Below, in pieces: positions 11,863 to 25,095 of a stretch of 64,000 nucleotides of DNA (positions within the stretch are counted from its first letter, which is position 1; each line of letters begins with the position of its first letter). Both the position numbers and the translations under genes were made by a program. The notes below the pieces were generated by a model, which was not told the origin of the DNA, searched no databases, and saw nothing but the letters and a program-made list of their open reading frames with translations. Source of the stretch: Mytilus edulis (Eukaryota); contig NC_092351.1 of NCBI RefSeq assembly GCF_963676685.1, positions 63,364,001-63,428,000 on the forward strand. Reading direction: 5' to 3'.

Positions 11863-12280
11863 ATAAAAAGGGAAAGTGTGGTATGATTGCAAATGAGACA
11901 ACTCTCCACAAGAGTCCAAAATGACACACGAATTAACAACTATACAGGTCACCGTACGGCCTCCGACAATGAGCAAAGCCCATACCGCATACTATCGTTG
12001 TTCGTCTTAACTTAACAACTACACAGAAATATGAAAAGCCATAATTGGGAAAACTTAAAAAAGTACCCCAAATAACTAAAAAATAAACGGAATATATAAA
12101 AAAAGAAGATGTGGTATGATTGCCAATGAGACAATTATCCACAAAAGACCAAAATGACACAGACATTAACAACCATAGGTCACCGTACGTCCTTCAACAA
12201 TAAGCATAGCCCATACCACATAGTCAGCTATAATAGGTCTCGATAAGACAATGTAAAACAATTCAAACGAGAAAACTAAT
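11863..12280 (-). repeat. Two adjacent family B 3'-end fragments
   Basis: gtggtatgattgc(a/c)aatgagacaa...ggtcaccgtacg motif starting near 11863 and near 12095; reverse complement of 1930-2113. Confidence 0.7.
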
Positions 12281-13634
12281 GGAACATTACTTTTTGATTG
12301 TCCAACTATCGTTTCCGAATCCACTACTTTTTTTTACTTCTAACAAAAATTGATGTATTGGTAACATAAACTTAGCCCTGAGCCCAAAAGGAAATGTATA
12401 TATTTAATTGTATTTAACACGAAAAACGATATACCTATTCAACCTGTTATTCTTCCACCTTTCCGTATGAAAAATAAGGAAATGTAATATAATTGCCAAT
12501 GAGACAACTATTTTTCAGAAATGTAAAAAAGTGAATGGAATCAAATTAAGGGTAACTGTTAAACCTTCAACAATAAGAAGAATCTTTACCGTACAGTTTA
12601 TCCTTAAAAAATCCGACGTGAAATCCGACCCTCTCCATACTCTGTATGTAATTTTTTAAAGGCAGTGGCTTGTTTGCCGGCTCTGCCCTCTAGTTTACCG
12701 GCTCTGATTAAAATAAACTGATTCAAACCGGCACAGTAACCTATTTCTATAGAAATGGCTACTTTCCTGGCACCAGCAGTACAGTGAATTCTTTTTGTAT
12801 GTTCTATGTGAAGAGTGAAATTAAATATTTACTTTAGAAAAAGAACTACGAAAATGTGCGCTGTCAACAGAATAGAATCAAATTATACACCTTTGGCTCC
12901 TGTAACTGTATATGAAAATACTGAAAACCATTTCATTCAGATTTTGGACGCAATCAAATTTTTTTTTTTATGTAATACATGTTCACTATAAGGTTTGGGA
13001 GAAAATAGATTCAGAATATTTTCTTTGCCATCTGGCTGCATTAAAAAATATTTTTTTCATCATATTGGGGAACAGAATGTTTTGGGTATTAATTTGTTGT
13101 TTTTTTGGGGGGGGGCGTAACCGCTCCACCCCACCCCCATCAGAAGTTAAATGGTCGTTCATTTATAGGCATCATTAGTAAACATTCAAATCAAGGTCTT
13201 TAATTTTGGGCTGATATGTAGAAAATCACTCAAGTTAACATATCTAATTTTACTAATAAGTTATCATTTGACATGCAAAAAAAAATCCTTTCGTTCGGGA
13301 TAAATCTTAACTTATTAATAAGTAGTTTTATGCATATTATCCCTGGTATGTATATCAAAGCAAGTAAAGTAAAGTATCTAATTTAATTTCGGGTTACATA
13401 TATACACAATAACAAGGAAAATGTAGTCCACGCTATAGTATCATAATTATATACACTTGTTTACAATTTTGGAACATCGTAGGTGTGTTCGAATAATAAT
13501 TGTCACTTTAAATTCACCTAGTATACTAGTCTATCTTAGTTATCAAAAGAATTGATTTAAGACAATTGAAAGACGAGATTTTATTAATAACATTTTATTT
13601 CAAAAATCATATTTCTTAACTAACAATTCAAAAA

Positions 13635-14176
13635 TCATCTTCGCTAGCCAAGGGTTACGATCCATTCCCGCTCTCTTCACCCTTGGCGGATTGAGATAAA
13701 ATTTCGGAGACACAAGGTAAGGATTTTTATTGGTTGCAGTCAAAACTCGCTGCATCCAATCAAAATGCGCATATAACATGATCACGTGTAAATGTAGAAA
13801 GTGTTTGTAAACAATTGCCACGTGTTTTTTGTGCAACAAGTCTTTACATTCCTAAACATACTATAGTTAGTGCAAACTTGAATGTTTTTAATCAACAAAT
13901 AGAAGTTCCTGTGTATGTTTCATGCACAAATGCATGAATGTTGACGTATGTTTTCATTTCCGGCTTTACCAAGTGTGTAGAATCTAGACGCTACCATGTT
14001 TTTACCTCCAAATTGAAGAGTTCAAGTGCTACCATTGGTCAAGAATAATGTATTCGGAATTGGCGTGATTTTTATCTTCCGATAGATGGCGCACCATTGT
14101 TATCACAAATGTTGGCTCAATCCGCCAAGGGTGAAGAGAGCGGGAGTGGATCGTAACCCTTGGCTAGCGAAGATGA
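13635..14176. mobile_element. MITE with 61-bp TIRs
   Basis: 13635-13695 is the reverse complement of 14116-14176 with one mismatch; flanked by duplicated tcaaaaa(tc), a 7-9 bp TSD depending on boundary choice. Confidence 0.88.
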
Positions 14177-14650
14177 TCAAAAATCGATATCAGAAATTAA
14201 ATTTTTCAAACTTCACACATGCTTTGGTAAATATTTTGAATACCTTTGCAGATTTTTGAATACTTAATTCTCATCTTCGAAATTAAATGCCGACTTTTTT
14301 GTCTTTATTTTCCGCAAAATATATAATTGACCCTTGTGTTCAATAAGGCAATAGATCTAACTTTCCAATTTGGAAAGATTATTGTAATCATATTTATTTG
14401 CTTCGTAAATGATTTCTTTTCCTTTTTTAATTGAACTGTATTTTCTAGCTTTAATATTTTATTATAAATTTGGGTTCAAATTTGTGTCTTGTTTCTTTTT
14501 TCAACTAGTATATTATACCATACAAAAAAGAAATGAACCACCCCTTCAAATTGAAATCCGAATATCAATTGTATGATAAGAAATGTACAATGATAAAAAT
14601 ACCTGATAAATAAATATTTCACAATCAAAATTTCGTTTTTTTTTAATTTA

Positions 14651-15360
14651 GCTGACAGCACTAAAAAGAAAATTAAATGGGCATATAATCTGTTCAATAC
14701 CTGGAAAACCCAAAGAAATGCTATAACCGTGGCTGATCTCCTTCTTAATATAAGTATTATTTCGTAAGATCTAGAAGTCATGACAAAGGACCAATTGTGT
14801 TTTGCTATCTCTAGGTTCATATGTGAGATAAAAAAAGAAAATGGAGCCCTTTATGAAATTTTGATAAACCTACAGTTATATTTAGAAGGAAAGGGGAAAT
14901 ATTTCAAGTTTTTAAACATGTTAAACGAAGATTGTTTTGTCCAAATTAAGAACACACTTGATCACACGATGAAAGAACGAGCAAGAGCTGGGTAAGGAAC
15001 ACACAAGAAAAAAGCACAGGAAATTTCTTACCATGAAGAAAATATGCTATGGGAGAAAGGAGTTTTAGGAAATAGTACCCCTCTAAATCTTCTTGATACT
15101 ACTATTTATTTATTTGGCCTACATTTCGCACTTCGTGCTGGAAAGGAGCTTCGAGATCTACGAATTGAAAACAGTCAAATATCAGAGCACACAGACACCA
15201 ATGGTGACTCCTACCTGGTATACAGAGAGGATGTTTCTAAGTCTAACAAAGGCGGGTTAAAATCTAGAAAGTGCAAACAAAAGGTAGTTTTTGCGTATGA
15301 GAACAAAGAAAATCCTGAGAGATGTATTGTTAAATTTTATACAGACTATATATCTCATTG
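14651..15360 (+). pseudogene. Crypton tyrosine recombinase (DUF3504/ZMYM-like) exon, inactivated
   Basis: One frame: STKKKIKWAYNLFNTW...LCFAISRFICEIKKENG...EENMLWEKGVLGNSTP...FGLHFALRAGKELRDLR...YREDVSKSNKGGL...NPERCIVKFY. In-frame TAA at 14765 and 14993; GT donor at 15361; downstream catalytic exon not seen. Confidence 0.85.
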
Positions 15361-15907
15361 GTCATTTTTTTCAGTGTACATTACTTATTCTATACTTTGG
15401 ACTTTAATAAATAAAATGTTTGGGGTTTTTTTTAAATGAAAAACAATGTTAGTTTGATGTTTTTTTCTAAGATCCAAGATTTTATAAATAATCAAATTAT
15501 TAGAAATCCAAATTACTTTTGATTTAAATAATTCAATTGGATATTTTTATTTATCAGACTTTAATTTAAAATGAGGTAGAATTACAAAAAAAACCTTGCT
15601 TGTAAATTTATTAATATTCGTTATCATTTAAGCATGTAAATTTAACACAAGTGTTGCAGTTCTTTTCAGGATGTGCATTTTGTTTTGTTACTTCTATTTC
15701 ATTTTGTTTTTTGGAATAAATATTATACAGTTTTTGTATTTTTGCAGCCTTTTCAAGAAGTGAATTTATATATACTACAATATGGCTCATTATTTTATAT
15801 TTTAAGCATGTTTAAACGTCTTCAGAAACATGGGCAAATTCACAAAATTACAAAAAGACGAGAAATATCTCTGTTAACAGTTCTTATACAATTAGAAGAG
15901 TACAGCA

Positions 15908-16060
15908 AATGCAAGAGAGAGGCGAAAGACATCAAAGGGATATCCAAACTCATAAGTCAAAAAATAAACTTACAATGCCACGGCAAAAATTGAAAAAAAA
16001 AGACAAACAACAGTTTACAAATTACAACATAGACATGCAACTTAAAAATGAGCAGCTTGA
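15908..16060 (-). repeat. Family C 3'-end fragment
   Basis: Diverged copy of 40032-40180. Confidence 0.5.
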
Positions 16061-16567
16061 AACAGAAATGCACTGTTTGTCAAAAAGATAATGTATGTGT
16101 ATATTGTTTTCATGATGTATAAAACATGTAAAATCCCGGAGAGTAGAAACGTTTAAAATAATCATGCAAAAAAATGTAGGTAACAAAGTTATCATTAAAA
16201 TAGTTTAAATGTTTGGGTAAATGTCAGGACACACAACAACAATGAAAGAATTAGAAGGAGACCGTAGAAGTAGCTACAGCTGTGAGAACGAGGCAGACAT
16301 GTTTGGAGTACAGCTTTTGAAGGACAAAGTAGAGGCTATGGCCTATAAAAAACCCAAACCTAGGACTTTCAGCAAATACCAAACTGAGGACAGATTAATA
16401 AAAACAGAGAGAATGAAAAAAAGTAGACTGATAAAAGAGCTCACCAGAATTGGTGGAAAGTTACAAACACATGATAAAGAACCTGTGGAGTGTCTTTTTA
16501 TTATTAAGAACAAAGCTACAAACAGGTTTAAATATGTGGGCTTTGGAGATGTGTGTGACAATTTTGA

Positions 16568-16998
16568 TTGATTGATTGATTGTTGGTTGCTTAACGTCCA
16601 GTGGCAAATAGTTCATGCATATTCAGGACGTGAACAAGTTCACAATAAATACAATAGGTAGGTCTTGTCATAATAGAGGCCATTTTGGGATGATGGTCGG
16701 GGAAATTTGGACTGCCACTGGAAAATGAGGGTATATTGGATAGGGACAGAAATTTGGCCTTGCAACAGGCCACCTAAGGGCCCTCAAAGAGTTGTTGCAA
16801 GGGTTCTTAACGTGCAAAGAGCGTGACACTCTCTTAACACGAGACATCGGATTTAAGGTTTCCATTCTGACCGGACGTGACTGCGAACTTAATACATCCC
16901 GCACAGCCAAACGGACGCCCCACTTCGGCAAGCGTTTTACTGCCGGTCGGGAAAAGACCAAGTGACCATATTTCTATTCCCCAGTCACCCTAGGGGGA
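16568..16998 (-). mobile_element. SINE family S1, copy 3, full length
   Basis: 12-bp TSD tgacaattttga at 16556-16567 and 16999-17010. Confidence 0.92.
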
Positions 16999-17576
16999 TG
17001 ACAATTTTGAGAATGGCTTGCCATTAACCAAACATATTTCAAAGTGCCGAAAATATACTTTTCCGGAACAGGGTTACTTTCCAAACACAGATGAAGTAGA
17101 CAAAGAAATTGAACAGCTGAAAGTATTCATTTTGGGTTTATTGCCACACAAAATCTACCAACAACATCTAGCAGTAGCAACATGACTCTCTGTGATTTGC
17201 AGAAGAAAAGAATCAATGCCATGGAAATAAAGGATTCGGAAACTGTAAACATTAAAAGGTGAGACCTTTCACAAGTATTGGATGTGTAAATTTGTACAAA
17301 GTACATAATAATATGTAGCAGCCATATTCTTTTTTGAAGGGAAGCTTGAATTTCATTGAGATTCTAGATTTTTTTTTAACCAGTGTATAAATGTTTGATA
17401 TTATCTTTCTTTGTATTAAGTGTGATATGCTAATGTTATTTTGTAATATTTACAGAAAGAGGGAACTGTTTAGCCAGAAGGCCAGAGAAAGAGGAGCGAG
17501 GGGAGGAGGGAGACAATAATTAAAAGAGCAAGTTCATGGGACCTCTTATCATAAAGAAAATTGATAGTATTAATTA

Positions 17577-17812
17577 TAAAAAAGAAGATGTGGTATGATT
17601 GCCAATGAAACAACTGTCCACAAGACATTAACAACTTTAGGTCACTGTACGGTCTTCAACAATGAGCAAAGCCTATACCACATAGTCAGCTTTAAAAGTC
17701 CCTGATATGACAATGTAAAACAATTCAAACGAGAAAACTAACGGCCCTATTTATAAGGGGAACGAAAAACAAAAATGTAACACACAAACAAACGACAACG
17801 ACAATTACAGGC
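17577..17812 (-). repeat. Family B 3'-end fragment
   Basis: Matches 12095-12280 and the reverse complement of 1855-2113. Confidence 0.7.
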
Positions 17813-18435
17813 TTAAGTTTATTTGATACTTGTGGTAAAACCTTCATGTTACAGACTTTCAACAAACAATCAATGATAAGTTGAACAGACGAGACATTTC
17901 AGCGTGTGCACTCCTGATATATAAACTGAGACATTTTTTTAGCAAAACCTATTCACTATTTAACATCTTAAGCATCAAGTTGCTTACATACCTTGAATTT
18001 GATTAGGAGTGTATTGGGTTAAAATGCCAGGCAGATGTTGAAGTGATACACTATGATTCTTAAGCATGTTTAAGCATTATCCTTTTTTCAGAATATCGAG
18101 TGAATCTGAGAGTGAATCAGATAGTGCCATAAACAAAAGGCTAAAGAAGGCAAATCGAGGTAGAGGAAGAGGAAAAGGCGCACTCAATGGAAAAGGAAGT
18201 GGAAAGACGTCTCAAAGCAGACCGTAATTTGAGTCATCATTATACACAAGTTATAAAAAACGACAATACTGATTGTGTAGGTTATATAATGACTATTGAT
18301 TACACTTTTATGTTGTATTTCCCCCCAATTAAATTAATAAGCAATACATTTAAAGTGTAGATTAGGTATCATTTTGATTGATTGCTTCCTGTACATCACA
18401 AACACCTTTTGCTTAGATTCCCTGTTTACCTTTAG

Positions 18436-18560
18436 AAATTGCAATTGGTATTTGCTGCTTTTCTGCTCAGCCAACACCATATAGCAGTATGAAATAAGTC
18501 TGGGTGGATTTGCATCATGCTAACATATAGAAAGGAAATAACTGCTTGCACATTAAGAAT
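18436..18560 (+). repeat. Old Meta-domain SINE fragment
   Basis: aattggtatttgctgcttttctgctcagc resembles the MetaSINE central domain. Confidence 0.4.
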
Positions 18561-20244
18561 CCAGCTCAATGTGTCATTCTATTCCAAGGAAGGGTATATA
18601 TATTAGTTTATCAACATGTTTTTATTCTTAAATATGCCTATAAATCAATTTGACACTGGACATTAATAAGACATCAATCTAATGTGCTGTTTGCAATTGA
18701 TGTCTGCATATATTCAAAATACAACCATCACCCTTTCAATGTCTTTGAACATGATGAAGGAAAAAGGTCTCAAATATGTATTTAAAAAATAATTTTGTGT
18801 CAATAGTGCTATGTTATCACAAAGACTGATCAAGGTCTCTGGTAGCAACCAATGTATCCAATACTTAGTGTTGAAATCTTCTCTTTCAGAACTGAAGCTA
18901 ATGTACTTGAACAACATGTAGAAGAAGAATTAAGTGATGAAATACCAATGATCATCCATGACAGCAAAAGGTATATAACAGTGATTTCAAGAGCTGTTGA
19001 GTTAGTTGTAAAAAAAGGGGGGGGGGGGGTTCACGTGTTGTGCCATATCTCAGAAACATTGTTGCATTGAAGTATACACACTTGTAAGTTATATCAATCT
19101 GATGATATGTATACTATTTCGTGATGATTCTCTATTTTATTTTAGAGTTATTGTTTTTTTTTGGGGAAAAAAGGGGGATGTGTTTTCACATGTCGCGGTG
19201 TATCTCAGAAACTATTTATGATTATTGCATAAAAGATTGAAACTGACAATCATTATGACTCAGTCTGTACAGCAAACATATATATTGGTTTTAACATATT
19301 TTAACATTGGTCATACTTATTTTTATTAACTAAAACATGTAAAAGGAACAATGTACCCAAGGCAGGAACCAGCAATGACCATGAGGATAGTTTAAATGTA
19401 CATTCTTCATTTTCAAGTTGAATTCTAACATGTTTATATTGAGTTGTAAAATTAACTTTCCCAACACTGGCAACTGATACTTACTTGCATGTTATTTTTA
19501 TATTTTCATTGGAATATTCTCCCCATTATTTTTAAAATATACAAAATTTCCAAATGACAGCACAAACTTCAATATGAAACATTGTACTATAAAATCTGTC
19601 AAATATCACCATGACACCCTAGGGAGAATGCTGCATTGCTTATATGTAACTTTAGAAAAAATCAACTATGTCATTCCTTGTGAAATTGTAAGCCAAGCTC
19701 AACTAAAAAAAAAAAGAGTCAGTTTTTTTTTCTGTGTGTTTTTTTTTTATCTACATTTAATGTTTAATTTGAAAAAGAAACTGATCCCATTGAATGCAAG
19801 ATAAAACATTTCATTTCATGATGCCTAATAAATTTAATCACAGGGTTGCATTTGAATTAATTAAAGCATGTAGCCTGTCGTGACCATTTCTTAAAAGAAA
19901 AACATTGTTCTGTATTGTTCAAAGCATGAAGAATTTACTTTATGTACTTACTACTGTTAACTTGCATGGATTTGTTACTACTAACAACACGAACAAAGCA
20001 TGAAATAATTTTCCTGTACATTACACATTTGTAGGTTACCTTTATTAGGTAAAACCATATTTTCAATAACATTTACTATACTCAGGGATACTTTTAGTAT
20101 TCAAAATATTTAAATACATATTGATTTATTTTTTTTGACAAGGTAATCCTTGAAAATTCTTTTCAAATGCAAATTTAGTGTCCTGAAATTTTGCAAAAAC
20201 CAACATCGAAGTATATATCTTAAAGCTGTAATTTTTTTCTCTTG

Positions 20245-20345
20245 GTGATGAGTTTGATCTCTGACCAGGTCAAAGCAAAGGGTTCAAAATTGATATTTGC
20301 TATTTCTCAAGCAGAAACAAGACATTAGTATGCTGGGCACTGTTG
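20245..20345 (+). repeat. Old tRNA-derived Meta-domain SINE fragment
   Basis: Decayed B-box gagtttgatctc followed by ggtcaaa...aaaattgatatttgctatttctc, similar to 18443 onward. Confidence 0.4.
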
Positions 20346-21399
20346 TCATAAGAAAAAGATCCACTTCTACCTAATGAGTTAGAAAAAGAGTCCCGCAATT
20401 GAATCTTGACCTATTTACAAAAATCATTTGTGCAAGTAAAGACTTATCAATTTATCATTTAAAAGATAACATGCTTCTGAAAAATGGTGGTTGGGGGGGG
20501 GGGGGGTATTTTGTGGATGTTACCTTTTTTTATAAAACACATACTGTGTTCTTGGAAAAGGTGAAGATTTGGAAGGTCACACACTCCAAAGGAAAAAAAG
20601 TCACAATATATAATATTATTTATAAGAAGTATGTTGGAATGAAGTCATTTTGTAAAAATATGAAATAAATAATTAAAAAATTACGAAAACTTATTTTTTT
20701 TATAAATGAATAAACAAACAAAACGAATAAATATAACTAGTAAAAGTGAAATAAATTATGTATTTCTTCAAAACAAACAGAAAAAAAAATATTGTTTCCT
20801 TTTCTTTCATGATGAGCCCTAGTTGTATTATATGGATATGGCTTCCTACCAATAGAAGACGGATGTGAAAGGTCTACAAAATAGGGAAAGGTGCAACAAG
20901 AAGCCACTAATGAATCTCAACAGTCACTATCGATAAATTTTAAAATTACGTAGCTATTATTAATGGGGATGATTCATTTGTTTATCATGAAATTCAATGA
21001 AGGATTCTCATGATATTGGTAAACCCAGCTTTTAAAAATCACAATAACATAAGGTAAAACAATATTATAGATTTTTTTTTACTTTGACTCAAATTACAGT
21101 AGAATATAAGAATTCATTCACTCTCCTATAAAAGAAAAACATAATTTCAAGTGTTCTCAAATCAAGAATGGAAGTCATTAAAAGCGGTTCCAAATTTTGC
21201 TATCAGAGATACATGTATACCAAACATACTACCAGAAAAACAATAGGACAGAGCGATCCATCACTGAATACAGAGGGTCCATTACAACTTCACTGCAGGA
21301 TCAAATTCCAACTCCTGTCTTCGTCACAACCATGATCACAAGTAGTATCAGCATATTAAGGTACAAATCCAGCAGAATTCAGCATAACAACATTGCTTT

Positions 21400-21545
21400 A
21401 TAAGAATGGACACAATGCTGAGAACAGAATGCTGTTTTCTGTAGTTCTAACAGTTTACGACGTCTAGCTAAAGCAAATACCCTTGATATGGATGGTACTT
21501 TCTTTATAGCTCCATCTCATTTTAAACAGCTGTACACCATCCGAC
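21400..21545 (+). pseudogene. Mutator (MULE) transposase fragment
   Basis: 21440-21541 translates CSSNSLRRLAKANTLDMDGTFFIAPSHFKQLYTI, matching the DGTF...P..F.QLYTI motif at the first catalytic Asp. Confidence 0.7.
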
Positions 21546-21859
21546 AGAGAGTAGTTGTTTCGCCGTTTACATATAAGTAGAGTTAATCCAAAATTAACAA
21601 GGACTTTTCACTCACATTGTCCATCTCATTCATTAAACTCTATAAACTTATTCCTACAGATGGTATATGAAGATATTGTTGGTGAAAAAGTTGAGACAAT
21701 GACAGTTGTACATAAATCTACAAATCGAGAAAAGTTAACCAAAAATGACCAATTAAAGCATTCTGTATTGTATAGCTGGTCACACCATTCGTGCCCTTCA
21801 AAAGAGATACACCAGGTACTCTACTGAGAAGTTGAAGTTAAAAATCATACAAGATCAAC

Positions 21860-22080
21860 TCGAGACAGGCATAAACATGCGACGCGGTTAAACATGTTTT
21901 TTGATATCTCAACTCTCCGCCTTTCCCTTTGGTCAATGTAAAAAAAAACACATACACACACACACAGTAAAACTAAGTACAAAAGTCCGATGCCGATGTC
22001 AGAATAGGTAACAACAGAAACTTAACAAAAAGACAATGATACATAAATTAACAAAGGACTACTAGCAGTTACTGACATGC
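21860..22080 (-). repeat. Diverged Naiad 3' UTR fragment
   Basis: Colinear with 5955-6175 (ggttaaacatgttt...gactactagcagtta(a)ctgacatgc). Confidence 0.7.
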
Positions 22081-23347
22081 ATGTCTTCCAATTCCTCTAT
22101 TATTGTTGTGGCTATGAGAATTTAGATCTGTTGCCAAGAGGAAAAACAAATCATAATGAAATTCGATGATGAAAAGTACAGTGTAGGTATCAACAACCTG
22201 TCAGCATACAAGACTACGGGAAAGTTCACCTGTAAACAGGAAAGATAGTACCTGCTTCTGTGATGTCGTACACCAGTGGTGTAAATGACTTAATTATACT
22301 TCACGGGAATAACTTAACCCGAATAATATATGCAGCAAGTACGAACACCCATGGTGCGCATGCATAATTGATATCGACATATTAAATACTGATTAGCTCT
22401 TAGTTAATGAACTAAACATTTTTTTTTTCATTTTCACCATATAAGAATGTTTTCACCTAGCTGTATGTTTTTGTATGTAATATTTAAATTATGATCAGTT
22501 CATTATTTAAGACTTGTCTATGCATTATAAAGTGAAAACAAATCTAAATATATTTTGTATTGTGATTTCTTTATTCGAAAGAGCTATACCTAGAAAATGA
22601 GGAAAATGTACAGCCTCTGTAAATACCAGAACCAATTCAGACTTCAGAAACATTTGGCTTCAACAAAGCAACTGGACAATATGAGTGTGAAACATTCTTC
22701 ATAGAAATCAGCAATTATGCCATAAAGGGTATGCAAATCAAAACTTTACATGATCGACTAGTAAAAACTTAGTTCAGCTCAGTTAGTGACCATATATTTA
22801 TAAATCTCAATGGCTTCTCTTAGACTGTGGTAACAAGTGTAAATACGTTTTTGACACAGTTCGCGACAAGGACCTCGTCATAACATACATATTTGAATTG
22901 CTTTGGTCAAATGGTTTGTAGTCAAATTTTGGTATAATAATCATCGTGGGATTGAAACTGAATCGTATGTCATAACAATTTTACATTTAAAAAGAAAGTG
23001 TCCATCATTATGTTTTACCCATCTTACATGTCCTAAGCATTGGTCTACAAACATGTACATGTCAAACGAATAAGGATTTTCTTAGATGTGTGTAGTCTTG
23101 GTGTTGCCTCTTATTCTCCTTTATTGCTTACTGCTTGTGCTTCCCAACATTTAATAGATATAAACATGAAAAAATAGAAAGCATTTAATTTTTGCGTTTG
23201 TTTGTACACGGAGGAATTGATAGATTCAGTAGGCTCATAGTTTTCTTTACCATTTCAACAAACAACAAACCTGTAACGTTTCATCATTCCTTCTAAACAG
23301 CTGTTGATACATACCTTTAAAAGTAAGAACCGACAGAGAAGCTAGAT

Positions 23348-23558
23348 GTGGCAACTGCCATTACCTTTCAAAAAGAGCCTTACGTAGGAAGTGTCTTACG
23401 ATTCAAGAGAGTTTACAACCAAAGAATTGAACGCCTTTCGCTAGAAATGAATCTTGGTTGCACAAACAATTATTATGACTTGTTCACTTTTCTGGAAAGG
23501 AATGGCATTCTTAATTTGGAAAGTGAAATTCGTATATGATCACTACATTGCTTGCCAC
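23348..23558 (+). pseudogene. Integrase-core (IS3EU-like) transposase fragment
   Basis: VYNQRIERLSLEMNLGCTNNYYDLFTFLERNGILNLESEIRI*SLH resembles the HNQRIERLW...YY.LF..LE..G.L motif of eukaryotic IS3-like integrase-core proteins. Confidence 0.55.
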
Positions 23559-23990
23559 ATCCCCAAGGGTGACTGGGGAATAGAAATATGGTCGCTTGGT
23601 CTTCTTCCGACCGGCAGTAAAACGCTTGCCGAAGTGGGGCGTCCGTTTGGCTGTGCGGGATGTATCAAGTTCGCAGTCACGTCCGGTCAGATTGGGGACG
23701 TTAAATCCGATGCCTCGTGTAAAGAGAGTGCCACGCTCTTTGCACGTTAAGAACCCTTGCAACAACTCATTGAGGGGTCCGTAGGTGGCCTGTTGCAAGG
23801 CAAAACTTCTGTCTCTATCCAATATACCCTCATTGTCCAGTTGCAGTCCAAATTTCCCCGACCGTCATCCAGAATGGCCTCTATTGTGACAAGACCTACC
23901 TATTGTATTTATTGTGAACTTGTTCTCGTCCTGAATATGCATGAAATATTTGCCACTGGACGTTAAGCAACCAACAATCAATCAATCAAT
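23559..23990 (+). mobile_element. SINE family S1, copy 4, full length
   Basis: 13-bp TSD cattgcttgccac at 23546-23558 and 23991-24003; (CAAT)n tail. Confidence 0.92.
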
Positions 23991-24399
23991 CATTGCTTGC
24001 CACCACTTTATGAGGACAGTAAAAACCCGGAAGTTGCTGTTGTTCAGGAGAACAGGAAGAAGTATACGAAGATGCCCGGGAATACGTCCAACACGGTGAG
24101 GGATCCTCAAGACATGGAATATGAGCTAGAAGAAAATGGGGATATCGTTATGAAAATGGGGCCAAAGAAAGACGTTTCATTTTAAACATTTGTAATGGAT
24201 ATTTTATATTTAAATTTATTGTGTATATTTATTCCTTGAAACGGTCTCCTCTTTTACTGTAGTAGTAATCAAATCATCAAATTTATACTAATGAATGTAG
24301 CGAGAACTTGTCAACCTGTCACTCTTGTTAATATTTCTTTTGATAAGCATGGGACAATTTTTAAATATTTCAATGATTTTTTTCACATGCATTCTATTC

Positions 24400-25059
24400 C
24401 TGCAATTTATGTTTTTGATCTCAACTCTGTCACAGGACCTTTAAAGAAGAAATTGATATTTGTGGTGGACAATGGAATGGACCTTCTGAGGCACCAGCCA
24501 ATTCTGTTGTTCGAATGCTCTTAGTGAGACAAATTAAATTTAATAGAAATCCTGCTGAAAGGCCTAATTCCTCCGAAAATCTTTGTTAAGTAGACATGAT
24601 CGATTCTTATTTGTTCCCAAAAACCCCAAACTGGTCATTTATTAAATATGGAATGCATGGCAGATGAAGTCATGTTTTAAGTATGGAGATTTTTTAAGTT
24701 TCACGAAGATGAACTAAATCATTTTCTGAAATTTTCAGAACTTGAAAATGGCAGTCAGTCGGATTTTTTGAAAAAAGACTATCCTTTACTTTACAAATAA
24801 TCTGCCTAACCTGAAATCAACAACATAAATGTGCACGATCATATATTGAAGACTACACTATCATTTATGCAACTCTGTTTATGATAAAGTTCGGACAATA
24901 TTTTCTAAATGCCTCACAACCTAAGTAAATCGATATGTTGAAGAACCATTGCCTGATTTTAAGCGTTGGATTTAAAGCGGTGTTTTACACTACATGTGTT
25001 TTGGGTCGCGACAGCAAGTATATTCGGTAATATGGATTGAGAAGAATTGAATCTTGGAT

Positions 25060-25095
<36 letters not shown>

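Larger units (their letters stand above)
16221..18970 (+). pseudogene. Unknown spliced gene remnant interrupted by a SINE
   Basis: Removing SINE copy 3 and one TSD extends the ORF from 16221 (…GDVCDNFENGLPLTKHISKCRKYTFPEQ…) to TGA at 17183. Later AG/GT-bounded phase-2 exons at 18092-18223 (SSESESESD…RGRGRGKG) and 18890-18970. Confidence 0.45.

Noticed and set aside
23580-23640. HDV-like ribozyme in the SINE head (ggtc-7 nt loop-gacc, ggca/tgcc, CGAA)
   Set aside because: P3/L3, P4 and J4/2 look-alikes are present, but there is no room for the P1 3' strand, so the canonical fold cannot form.
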